A DNA stretch of 64,000 nt from a virus (taxonomy: Duplodnaviria > Caudoviricetes). The first letter of the stretch is position 1; the number at the start of each line of letters is the position of its first letter. Under the pieces are notes generated by a model. That model saw nothing but the letters and a program-made list of their open reading frames with translations, searched no databases and had not been told where the DNA came from. This document shows, piece after piece, positions 48,401 through 56,514 of this stretch. The position numbers were made by a program, and so were the translations under genes. The DNA is taken from positions 1 through 64,000 of IMG/VR virus record IMGVR_UViG_3300021400_000369, one strand, 5' to 3'.

Positions 48401-51400
48401 ACAGTTCTCGGAAGTCTTGAAGACATGCCTTTGGTTTTACCCGAAGAGGTACAGAAAATCAGACAAGGTGCGTTGCCTGAACAAGTTCTCAGCAAGGATA
48501 TAATCGATGCAAGAATGTTGGATTTCACACCAAACGCTGGACCTATTACGGGTGTAGAGGCTGCTCAATTAGCAATGAACCAGATTACTCAATTAATTAT
48601 TGATAGTGGTAAGCACGAACATCTCGGTCAAGCTATGAACCCAATACAAATCATTGATAATATTTTTAGAGGAACAACTCCTAATCCATATACATTGATT
48701 TCAATGAAGGGAGGGTTTAACAATGAGGAACAGGCTAGGGCTTTTGCTCAGATGATTAATCCAGTTTTCTTGAAAGATGTCATGAGTGGCATGATTGATC
48801 GTGATAATTGGACATTGGACCTTGATCCTGACAGACTTCAATACTTTGGATTAACCCCTGATATGGTATTTGAGGAATTGCAGCATAGTTTCGGCAACAT
48901 TTCAATGTCACTCTCAGATAACCAGATAAAATTCAACCCTACCAATGATACAGATAAGCATCAAATAAGAAATTGGATAAGCGAAGCTCAAATTAATGGA
49001 ATTTCCGGAATCAAACCTATTGATTTTGATGGTCATATATATAAACATGATGTTGAAGGACAGCCTGAAGAGTGGCGTATTCTCACTCGGGGTAGTAATG
49101 TTGGTTTCTTAGATAGCATCCTAGGAACAGATGAATATAAAGACGCATTTGACTTCATTACAACTGATTTCAGAGATGTGGAAGCTACTCGAGGAGTCGA
49201 AGCTGCCAGAGGGGTGATAACATCTCAGTTAAAAGCAACATTACAACGTCTGGGGCTTAATATTTCAGATGATATTATTAAAGCTATTACTTATATGATG
49301 ACGCAATCAGGCAAAGTTATTTCTGTTGGTGATATTGTTCATCAAAGAAACAATCCTTTGGAGAGAGCGGCTTATGAAAATAGTATGAGAGTAATGTATG
49401 ATGCTGCCCTGCATGGGGAAACAGCTCATACCACCCCTACTGTCAATACCATTATCGGACAAGGTAGCGAACCTTTATTAGAAACATTGGATGCGGATAC
49501 AGCGGAGAGGATTATTCATGAAGAACACAGTTCTGATTACATCAAGACATTAGTTGATGAAAACTATGTTGGAGATCCTGGAGATATTGAGAAAATTTTG
49601 AAAAGTCAACGGGATGAGTATAATACAATGTTGGCTAAGGATACCCGTGAGAATCCACAACGGGCCAGGGTTGTTGCGGAGCAATCAAATCCTATTCCTC
49701 CTGCCGCTTTTAAGGATGCAAGAAGTCTTCAGTTATTACAGATGCTGGCTGCTGAGTCACTTAATAAGCAATATGAGATAATGAATGGTACACAGGGAGC
49801 ATTAGCTGATCTGGATAAACGCAGACAATTATTAATGGAAAAGAAAAATGCTTTGGCGGCGAAAATTGAAAGCGATGCTCAAATTGATGAAAATGATAGG
49901 ATCCAGTTGGAAGAACTGGAATCTCGGATCAAAGGTATTGACGCTGCAACCGCAGATATCAGACAAGGAAAAGCCGCTTTTAGTTATGCCGAATTGAACA
50001 GGTCTGCTAGTGAAACATTGAACCCTAACCCTCTTTACGAAGAAGATCTAGCTGTGATCAGGCAAAGTCTTCAGGAACGTGTTGATAATGGCAAAATGGC
50101 TCAATCAACAATGGATTATATTTTATCAGGAGAAGGAGAACAAAGGGGTCCGTCAGCATGGGATAGTGCTGGAATCCTTAAAGAAGAAAGTATTGAAACA
50201 ATGGCGTCAAAGGTTCGAGAATTACCTCCTAATGAGGTTTTCGAGGGAGTTGAGGATCTTTTTGAAGAGTTAAGAAGAAACTCAATCAATGATTATGACG
50301 CTTATCAATTTATTAATTGGATTGGCAAACAATTCGGAATGGAGTTAGATGGAAATGGTGTTGCTGATCCGACAAAAATTGTTGGTGGATTACGCAGCAA
50401 TGTTGGAGCGAAGGGTTTTCATGGAATGGGAGCTGTGCCAATTAGAATGGCAGGCATAATGCAGGTTATGGAAGCTCTTAGGGATTCTGACGCCAGCTTG
50501 CCTGAGGGAGCTATTCCAATGCCTCGTCTTGAAAAGACACAAGGCAACCTCAGCAACCCTATTTATAATATGACCGAGGGTTTGACTAATGAGGTTATGG
50601 CTGCGAAAGTTGTGGCCGACACATACCGTGTCACTCATGCCCGTATGGAAGATTTATTGTATAGTACAAGCATTATAGCTCGAACTGATGGAAGAACGGA
50701 TTTAAGATATCAAACAGAAGAACTTCAAAAATTGAATGACGAATTTGACGAGTTATTTAAAATCGATATAGACGGCAGAAAACGAAGTTTCTTTGGTTTG
50801 GATAATGAAGACTGGGCTGATCCGGCAATTGTTGAAGAATTCAACAAGCGAGTTAAGGAAAGAGAAGAATTCATTCAAAAATATTATGAACGAATGATCG
50901 CATTCCGAGAACAAATCAAGGAAGAAGATGCCGGAATCATCAGAGAACAAGAGAAAGCTATTCATGCGAATAGCGAACTCGGGTACTATCACACTTATGA
51001 TGAAGAAGGAAATTATCTTGGCCTTACTCCTACAATCAATAGGGATGGCGAATTCAGAGATATTGACAGAGAAAGAAAGACAATTCGTGCGTTAAAGGAA
51101 AGATATCCTAATATGCCTGAACTTGATGAACCAAAAATAACAACAATAGGGGATGTCACTCCTTCATTTAGTCAGGGATCGCTCCTTAATGATGAAGTTG
51201 AGAAAGGAGTATTCACCATTCCAGAACCAAATCAAGTCGAAAACATGGCTAAAACAATAGAGGGATTAAGTGATCGCAATAAGGCTCAACAAGAGAAATC
51301 CCAGGCTTATTATCTAGACAGAATTGTCAATGGTACATTAAGAGAACAACAAGAAGCCTACTCTCGTTTCTATGCAAAGAATTATGATGAGCTAATCAAC

Positions 51401-54400
51401 TGGTTCAGAGCATTCCATGTTGAAGATGATGTCATAAACAAATTCATATCAGAAAAAGGAATTCTTCATGACAATCTAAATATCGCCAGATTATTAAGTC
51501 AATTCGATGATGCTATAGACCAGGGTATCGCTCCGGTTCACACCGTCAAAGCACTCATTGATGAATTGGACGAGACGAGAAATCCTTATCGTAGAATGAA
51601 AATTCATGAAGGGCGTGGAGACACCCCTGAAAGCGTAAGAAGCTACCCATTCAAAATGCTGGCGGAAAATGAACTGTTAAGCGCACAAAAAGGATTCTTT
51701 GATCATGACAAGTTTATAGAATGGTGGAAAGAAGCTAGTGTAGAAGAACAGGAATTGTTTGGACGCAATATCAAACAAGGTGTTTATGCTCGTCAGGCCG
51801 ATACTCCAAATTTACCAGGTTTTGATGATTTCCTAACCGAAGAAGGTCAGAAGCAATTCGGAACAATAACTAATATGTTGAATTTTGAGGAGAAATTGGA
51901 GGAAATTAGGCAAATAGAATCTCAACAATTATCTGCTTTAGAAAGAATATTGAGCGAGGGAAGATTCATAAATCCTGATGATATGAATGAGATTAATGAT
52001 CAGTACTTCAATAGTGAAGAGTATAAGGCTTCTGAACGTGGTAAAAAATTACGAGAAGCAAGTGGATCATATAATTATGAAGGTGGAATGTTCTTTGGAA
52101 CAGGCAGCGAAATCATGGACGATTTAGCCGATGAATTTGCTTACAATATTAAGGAAGCCGATATGACACCATTTTGGTGGTCAGATTTGCCTGATAAAGA
52201 AGTGCCTAAAAATAAATCAGCTCCATCTTATAAAGGTATGATTACTGCCGGTGGTCAAATATATCCTGTGACAGTTTCTCCTGAACAAATTGAAAAAATT
52301 ACAAACAAAGTTACAGAAACAAGTCGTCGCAACCAGGCTAAAGCAGATGTTGACCGAGGATTTAATGCATCAAATGGCATGTTCTTTGGTACCGGAGTTG
52401 TTGATGAAAAAACATTGAAAGAAAGACTAAAAACTTCAGATTCAAAGCCAACAGAAGGTATACTTAGCCGTATTAAAAATTGGATGACAACACCAGGGGA
52501 ACTCAATCTCAAGGGACTTTCAACAGGATTTAAAGGATTAGGTTCAGCCGCTTTATCTGTTGCAAACATGATGGGTGGACCAATGATGGCCGCAATGACT
52601 ATCTTCCAAGGTGTTATGCAAGCTTATTCCGCAGTAGTTGAAAAGGAATCCGAAAGAATTACAAAAATCCAAACAGAGACATCCGAGGCTCAGGAGAGAT
52701 ATTCACAAGCTGAATCAAATTTCCTAACCAGCAAAGAACGAGCTGATGAAAACTTCTCCAATGTTAGTGAAGATGACAAGGAAACAGCAATCGAAGAAGC
52801 TTTGAAAGAAGGTCGGGATAAAGATGTTACAATGCAGGATCTCAGACTCTTAACGGATGAGAATCTCGAGTTAACTGAATCAGAACAGCTCAATAAAGAT
52901 TTAACCGCTCTTGAAGCAAATACTCGATTATTATATACATCACAATTGCAAATGACCGCGGCATTAAGAAATGAAGCTAATGTTGAAGATGATACCGGAC
53001 AATTAGGACATTACGGAACACAAGCTGATTTCACGGAATGGTATGAAGGTAGCGGTATTAAGAATTCTAAAGATGAATATGGTTTGGGAGATATACTTGA
53101 CATTAATGCTTGGAAAACAAAATTTGGACTCACAGATAAAGGAGAGGAATATCTTGAAGATATTGCTCAATCATCTGAAAATGGATTGCAGTTTACTACT
53201 CGTATTAAAAACGCTGAGGATTTGGAAACAGATTTTGAAAAGTTAGCGGCGTCATTTGATAAAAGGAATGTTGGCGGAAATGATATATCAACAATCTTTG
53301 GAGGAAATAAGGGATTATATCCTCAATATAATAGTTATTGGAATGATATTGGTACTCACAATGGAGGATACTCAGCAACTCAATTAGCGAAACTTGGAAA
53401 ACAATATGATAAACAATTAAACCGCTTTGAACGTAAGAACTTTAGATTTGAATTCAAAAATGGTCGATTAGTTCTAAAAAATATTCAAAACATTGATAAG
53501 AAATTCGCTAATCTTGGTCAGCGTTTAGGTATTAGTAAAATCGCGGCCCAACAATTAGTAATGTTACATACTTTAAACGATTTATATCAAGTTGCTGAAA
53601 CACAAGTTAAACCTGAATTAATTAATCAAACACAAGGATTATACTCTCAATTAGCTACCAGCAGCGGTATTCACTCTAATACTGGATCAAGTGTTAGTGT
53701 TGAGCAGGCAATGAACCAAGGTTTAGCTGTTATTAGTCAACAATTAAGTCAAGTTATTGTCAGTACAGCGAATGAAGCAGCTGTTGATTCCTATAACGCC
53801 GTATCTGATACTCCGGTAGAGAGTGTTGGAGAATTAAATAAAATAATTAAAGATGGAAATAAAAGCAGCGATGAGTATAAGAATGCGGTAGAAGCAATGG
53901 ATACCAAATATAAAACTCAAGCATATCAGGCGAAATATTATGAAAGATTGAACGCCGGAGATACTCCAGCCGAAGCTATGAAGAAAGCTCAAAAAAGTTC
54001 TGAAGAATATTTGAAAAAATATGGAGTAGAAAATGGTTCATATTGGAAAACCCATCAAAAGTATACTGATATAGCTAAGGAATATGAGAGTCCAACTATT
54101 GGAAATTTCATGAAAAGACTTGCATCAAATATTCCTGGTTTTCCATCAAGTGGTTATTCAGATTATAACGCAACAGATATCATGAAACTTAATGACGAGG
54201 TTGTTAAGAATAATCCAGAAGTTATTAAATACTTGATGAACTTAACAAACACAATCAATGAAAGCAATATGGATGCTGAAGATGCTGCTGATGATGAGAC
54301 AGGTGGTTCCGGAAGAGGCGGTGGCAAAGATTATGACAACAACAACAGGCAGCGTTATGTTCAATTAGCCATCTGTAACAAGAAAGCCATACCAAAACTC

Positions 54401-54649
54401 AATGTGAACCTGTTCAAAAAAGCTCCGAGCTTCACGGTCATGAATAAGAACTTCAAGCTCCGTGACATCAAAATCAACACAGCTGACAAGGCAAAGAATA
54501 TTGAGAGCGCGGTTAAGAACGCCATCATTGATGTTCAGGAAAGATCCGATCCTAAGATCATACAGGATGAGGAAGCGGAGTACGACCCAGTCGGAGCTAC
54601 CGATGGGGACAACCTCCCTACCGGAACAACCCAGACAAACAACAACTAA
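42419..54649 (+). CDS. Giant tape measure protein (4076 aa) with embedded DEDDh exonuclease, Rpo1C(A'')-like and possible TFB-like domains
   Basis: N-terminal TP901-type TMP motifs (LGRAG, LKYVGGTA, GSMAGTALR); exonuclease at 46253-46822; Rpo1C-like region at 48539-49462. Confidence 0.9.
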   Translation: MVQEDMNINMSFVAKDMSGIVAAQTNLNQLVGVFSNVGEGIARNVGAIDAAVATAGVSLGILSTQAARAYGEFERGQAIVQTVSGSTNAEMQILGHTAQQFSSEFRMGIDDVNEGLTTLGRAGLTDVNNQIETLRQGFSLAKIEGMNLATALEEIVQTTSLLGGDIQSSDFGMDTEKVTNMLVGTSLSGPLNVNDVVQTLKYVGGTAAAAGANLSNEDLLYDLMGTTSAFAQKGVVGSMAGTALRAFLSKPATQDSSVWEALKEIGLEPYSLWEDGQQEMKPISEQIRIIRQAMKDNNKSTMDQLEIWGKLVGTKMGQQMMKLDENTIQESTAKIREKASAETLANRSMQNFASQQEEIMKSLETIWRNYGKTIADVLSPILEIMKPIVDFLANDSYGSKFAIWGIVAIVNTLLGKALGSIREVLKFVTELVSKAREQVSLTTQESATTEELLAQNKALTGELEKQAQAKQKIATYSNVDETHMRYQTGGNGFGKTLYMHPDAVNALTPAQRTQNGLLLNELQALKEVGNTNAAIKDEFKNVVQSYYQQEVAPFLAMGGDKSDFSGYIDASVIDENLPNTMKMFGGDYSPELQYHIRNELGRQIRNAALYGKTDANGNIKVRYIGNMIADAFGGAIYKSGDFSGNIFSYDKGLGQYGVLNAKTGTLDTRKDSTTGYFGVSNYGQYEDKPGNPGKAVALMDPNKFISSDDGMNYRRTVLDRISRDLSNTTQGLNDINNSIVSATNVFSQSMPQNNTALQTDAATGNSNSSSDYKRNWGDKVSTNWANNLNRAADKLYEAARRLSSDDLYYNRLDRNRREFIGNSYDANGQRVSGNVKINPATNQVYIKADDGKWINKGAQFRGKKDEEYEVLEYSNYSKDSSFEQRKPVIVRDRYNKVLRYDYNKDDYYPVTLNDTRSEQARYAAEANRRLYNTSRSVKYNKLDYAGNEFVHFQENDIDEDKIKNLGSDTRLQSQATGQKGHYVAKINPETNALGLAHAMEDDRGFQWVTWKWYADRGKGLSNEELSPFGLSHPVINGKEDRTVLQHMVDGVAKDIVTNMERNPVAVRQAIINQRDTFAGAQRPSKQYRDSISTGVNGIDIDKYYPYGYSDKYDTYLAKNKEQTPRDNTVNGLLNTIVDSLGTIKGHTKLLNNIKGYQDNISSKVSSIYYDLNNFINRNTYTSLNGDQKNNIGLESGKAALARDLGVYDDNMSAMRLNIDERLRNIENTYPSTGSGRFKTYNDSDIQREYSQLIGIKKELDNAEYALNGRPFGNQFRDKFLAIDTENTGLDPSKHRMIQVGVQKFENGIATTGFEKNINQPDEIARLMEQEPDSPALRMLHNIDGLRSNNTFANGVSELDALVDLFNMFKEEDVLSGATPLVGQNITYDMSMLREAVLRNEEFLKAAGYGINDFNNIRFIDTQTIASRGFNFSDNKLGTIARNLGIDFNGTQHTALADADVTGKSLIEMSNIIDADIPRDTLQHIINIENLLRRQFGGTRQRLNSNSQQSSIGGESSTINNPASGFEDETLIPNENNDSQKTRRGFLRFSFRDGWRRIADGSTEYLRSPTGDKYHRAFGESDWFDENNERVSTILPHKEFMQLEGQALEDAIAYQNTVIPKHEEYNKLMSQREQLWKQFEEARDIHYAAGLHGDVETYEAYGQTATVLRNKVEEIDDQLYEIMPFLDIDEAEERRLEYVGQRKELLDQISDLESDLAVNEGRPIPKTERRPKPGSKWRYEDANQIAKNTLDEAIESAKKEAITFMGTKEFQERFPTEVIPDNYMNEPGRNNFRKPRAGSKNYEKRLEKYETRVRNYENKRDVLAEQFGYLTDLRNSPAYNVFDEKGELDDYLLTNSTSKSFGPGSRSGKKLLNDIWRINTRNKEKIEVSNGYIEIERDAAEIEQETREIREKSERIKAKLAAKKEQLALIEAKIDKADQMSIYHENAAFDPRTDIFNLDDISRRTDDTLNVIAKYLQGLGYDMTLGMVGDDIVKATVLGSLEDMPLVLPEEVQKIRQGALPEQVLSKDIIDARMLDFTPNAGPITGVEAAQLAMNQITQLIIDSGKHEHLGQAMNPIQIIDNIFRGTTPNPYTLISMKGGFNNEEQARAFAQMINPVFLKDVMSGMIDRDNWTLDLDPDRLQYFGLTPDMVFEELQHSFGNISMSLSDNQIKFNPTNDTDKHQIRNWISEAQINGISGIKPIDFDGHIYKHDVEGQPEEWRILTRGSNVGFLDSILGTDEYKDAFDFITTDFRDVEATRGVEAARGVITSQLKATLQRLGLNISDDIIKAITYMMTQSGKVISVGDIVHQRNNPLERAAYENSMRVMYDAALHGETAHTTPTVNTIIGQGSEPLLETLDADTAERIIHEEHSSDYIKTLVDENYVGDPGDIEKILKSQRDEYNTMLAKDTRENPQRARVVAEQSNPIPPAAFKDARSLQLLQMLAAESLNKQYEIMNGTQGALADLDKRRQLLMEKKNALAAKIESDAQIDENDRIQLEELESRIKGIDAATADIRQGKAAFSYAELNRSASETLNPNPLYEEDLAVIRQSLQERVDNGKMAQSTMDYILSGEGEQRGPSAWDSAGILKEESIETMASKVRELPPNEVFEGVEDLFEELRRNSINDYDAYQFINWIGKQFGMELDGNGVADPTKIVGGLRSNVGAKGFHGMGAVPIRMAGIMQVMEALRDSDASLPEGAIPMPRLEKTQGNLSNPIYNMTEGLTNEVMAAKVVADTYRVTHARMEDLLYSTSIIARTDGRTDLRYQTEELQKLNDEFDELFKIDIDGRKRSFFGLDNEDWADPAIVEEFNKRVKEREEFIQKYYERMIAFREQIKEEDAGIIREQEKAIHANSELGYYHTYDEEGNYLGLTPTINRDGEFRDIDRERKTIRALKERYPNMPELDEPKITTIGDVTPSFSQGSLLNDEVEKGVFTIPEPNQVENMAKTIEGLSDRNKAQQEKSQAYYLDRIVNGTLREQQEAYSRFYAKNYDELINWFRAFHVEDDVINKFISEKGILHDNLNIARLLSQFDDAIDQGIAPVHTVKALIDELDETRNPYRRMKIHEGRGDTPESVRSYPFKMLAENELLSAQKGFFDHDKFIEWWKEASVEEQELFGRNIKQGVYARQADTPNLPGFDDFLTEEGQKQFGTITNMLNFEEKLEEIRQIESQQLSALERILSEGRFINPDDMNEINDQYFNSEEYKASERGKKLREASGSYNYEGGMFFGTGSEIMDDLADEFAYNIKEADMTPFWWSDLPDKEVPKNKSAPSYKGMITAGGQIYPVTVSPEQIEKITNKVTETSRRNQAKADVDRGFNASNGMFFGTGVVDEKTLKERLKTSDSKPTEGILSRIKNWMTTPGELNLKGLSTGFKGLGSAALSVANMMGGPMMAAMTIFQGVMQAYSAVVEKESERITKIQTETSEAQERYSQAESNFLTSKERADENFSNVSEDDKETAIEEALKEGRDKDVTMQDLRLLTDENLELTESEQLNKDLTALEANTRLLYTSQLQMTAALRNEANVEDDTGQLGHYGTQADFTEWYEGSGIKNSKDEYGLGDILDINAWKTKFGLTDKGEEYLEDIAQSSENGLQFTTRIKNAEDLETDFEKLAASFDKRNVGGNDISTIFGGNKGLYPQYNSYWNDIGTHNGGYSATQLAKLGKQYDKQLNRFERKNFRFEFKNGRLVLKNIQNIDKKFANLGQRLGISKIAAQQLVMLHTLNDLYQVAETQVKPELINQTQGLYSQLATSSGIHSNTGSSVSVEQAMNQGLAVISQQLSQVIVSTANEAAVDSYNAVSDTPVESVGELNKIIKDGNKSSDEYKNAVEAMDTKYKTQAYQAKYYERLNAGDTPAEAMKKAQKSSEEYLKKYGVENGSYWKTHQKYTDIAKEYESPTIGNFMKRLASNIPGFPSSGYSDYNATDIMKLNDEVVKNNPEVIKYLMNLTNTINESNMDAEDAADDETGGSGRGGGKDYDNNNRQRYVQLAICNKKAIPKLNVNLFKKAPSFTVMNKNFKLRDIKINTADKAKNIESAVKNAIIDVQERSDPKIIQDEEAEYDPVGATDGDNLPTGTTQTNNN
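46253..46822 (+). other. DEDDh (DnaQ-like) 3'-5' exonuclease domain within the TMP
   Basis: AIDTENTGL, VGQNITYD, FIDT, HTALADA; all catalytic residues present. Confidence 0.85.
48539..49462 (+). other. RNA polymerase subunit Rpo1C (A'')-like domain within the TMP
   Basis: Collinear motifs GVEAAQ..TQ, INGISGI, EWRILTRGSN, GVEAAR..I, MTQSG, LERAAYE, NTIIGQ. Confidence 0.8.
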
Positions 54650-54665
54650 TGAGGTATAAGATATT

Positions 54666-55358
54666 ATGACAGAGTTTTCATTAACAAAAGGTTCTGTCTT
54701 GATAATCCCCGGATATACTGACGCGGAGAACCTGCAGAACTATTACAATCAGAAGAACAACAACAAGAAGACCTCATCCTCAGAAGATCTGGGGTCTTCA
54801 TACACCGACAAGACCACAGGAAGTACAACGAACAGCATAGTGTCAAAGGATGATGTGACCAAGGACAAGTACAAGAAGGTAGAACCACCTCATGCGATGT
54901 ATTTCAATGTCCGGAATGTTGAATTCACACCACATGGGAAGGATTATGAGGAATTCGATTCCGCCCAGGGAATGATACTTGTTGAAAAGGCTTGCGACAG
55001 GTTCGCCGAGGTTCAACTCGAAGTGCTTGTCCATCAAAGGCTCAGCTCTGTAACGGGAAAATTATCATATGAGAACAACAATCAGGATGTCGACATACAC
55101 GTCGAGGACTTCCATTACAATACTGATGAGGAGTTCTCATTCCTATGGGTTTATCCAGAGGATTATGATGACAAGTTTGTGGAATTGAGAAAATCATTCT
55201 TCGACAACCTGCAGGGCAGGCCGCTGACCGTCATTTCTCCATTATTCCCTACAATCGTTGTGGGATACATGACCGAATGCGATTACAGCATAGGGGAGGG
55301 AGAAGAGGAATCCGCATGGAGCATCACCATCAGGGAAGTAAACAACTGGGGATTCTAA
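54666..55358 (+). CDS. Tail/baseplate protein (tube-initiator position)
   Basis: Directly after the TMP; C-terminal WSITIREV. Confidence 0.55.
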   Translation: MTEFSLTKGSVLIIPGYTDAENLQNYYNQKNNNKKTSSSEDLGSSYTDKTTGSTTNSIVSKDDVTKDKYKKVEPPHAMYFNVRNVEFTPHGKDYEEFDSAQGMILVEKACDRFAEVQLEVLVHQRLSSVTGKLSYENNNQDVDIHVEDFHYNTDEEFSFLWVYPEDYDDKFVELRKSFFDNLQGRPLTVISPLFPTIVVGYMTECDYSIGEGEEESAWSITIREVNNWGF

Positions 55359-55359
55359 A

Positions 55360-56514
55360 ATGTCAACTAAAAGATATGATTACAACGGACTTTCAGAAGT
55401 GTTGAGAGTAGAAACATACCCTGATGGCAAGATCCATGATTACATCACAGCCTTCGACCTTGACTGCGACAAGAACGACATCGTGACAACAGTAGTTCTG
55501 CACATGCCTTATGATCCAGACTTGATGGCTTATTGGGAGCCAGGTCGGATGTCATGCGCCATTTATGGCGGAACATATGACCGGGAGAAGCTGTTCTCCG
55601 GGAGAGTCAGGGAGATCATGCACACGGGGTATGAGATACAGGTCACATGTGAGAATATCGGATGGAAGCTCAAGCAGTTGTGTCCGGCTTCCGTCCTGGA
55701 TTATCTTGATGGCAAACCAGTCAAGGATGTTGTATACACATTATTAGGAATGGCCAATGTCAAATACCATGTGAATCTGGATGGAATAACCGACCTGAAC
55801 AAGTATGTATATGAAAGCGGAGGCTCGGTCGCCATAGGAGGCACAACGGTCGAGTCAATTCCCGATCTTAATCAGGTAATCAAGAACATGAAAGGAAGCG
55901 ATATAGACCAGGCTGTGGCCGATGCGAAATATACAAAGGAAAACACGGAAGTCAGCAGGGAATTCAATAACAGAGAACTCTACAAACTGACTCAGGTTGT
56001 AGGGTCAAGCAATTATTATTACCCTTCATCAATCCGCAACTCATGGACGATCAATAACAATGTTAATTTGAAAACGGCTTCAAGGATAACATCAAAGAAT
56101 GATCTGGAGAATCTGTCGGAATATTATGTGACCGGGATAGACAAGAAATCAAGCGCCTACAAGAGCCTTCAGAAGAAGATGAAATCCGAAGCCAAGGCGA
56201 AGGCGAAAGCCGCCGCGAAGGCTTCACAGGAATCAGAATCATCAGGAGATTCATCATCTGATGTGCCGTCATCCGATTCAACATCCTCTGAAACAACACC
56301 GGCTCCAAAGCCAAAGGCGTACAGCAAAGCCTACTACAAACAGATATGGGAAGCCTGGTACGGCAATGCGACATCCCATAGCGGTACGGGCAAGCAGGCA
56401 TGGATAGACAGGGCTTATAAGAAACAAACATATTACGGCACTCCCGCCCAGAACAGGAGAAGAATTCAAAGAACAATTGAAAGTCAAAGATACGTAAGCG
56501 GGGTTCACCTATGA
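55360..56514 (+). CDS. Baseplate hub N-half-like protein (paralog of 57954-59204)
   Basis: Shared P.D.DLM.YWEP, LF.GR.RE...GYE, N.GWK, IPDL. Confidence 0.6.
   Translation: MSTKRYDYNGLSEVLRVETYPDGKIHDYITAFDLDCDKNDIVTTVVLHMPYDPDLMAYWEPGRMSCAIYGGTYDREKLFSGRVREIMHTGYEIQVTCENIGWKLKQLCPASVLDYLDGKPVKDVVYTLLGMANVKYHVNLDGITDLNKYVYESGGSVAIGGTTVESIPDLNQVIKNMKGSDIDQAVADAKYTKENTEVSREFNNRELYKLTQVVGSSNYYYPSSIRNSWTINNNVNLKTASRITSKNDLENLSEYYVTGIDKKSSAYKSLQKKMKSEAKAKAKAAAKASQESESSGDSSSDVPSSDSTSSETTPAPKPKAYSKAYYKQIWEAWYGNATSHSGTGKQAWIDRAYKKQTYYGTPAQNRRRIQRTIESQRYVSGVHL

Noticed and set aside
42419-54649. Inteins or a complete virion RNA polymerase in the TMP
   Set aside because: No intein terminal motifs or LAGLIDADG blocks and no NADFDGD catalytic motif noticed; only the A''-like part is recognisable
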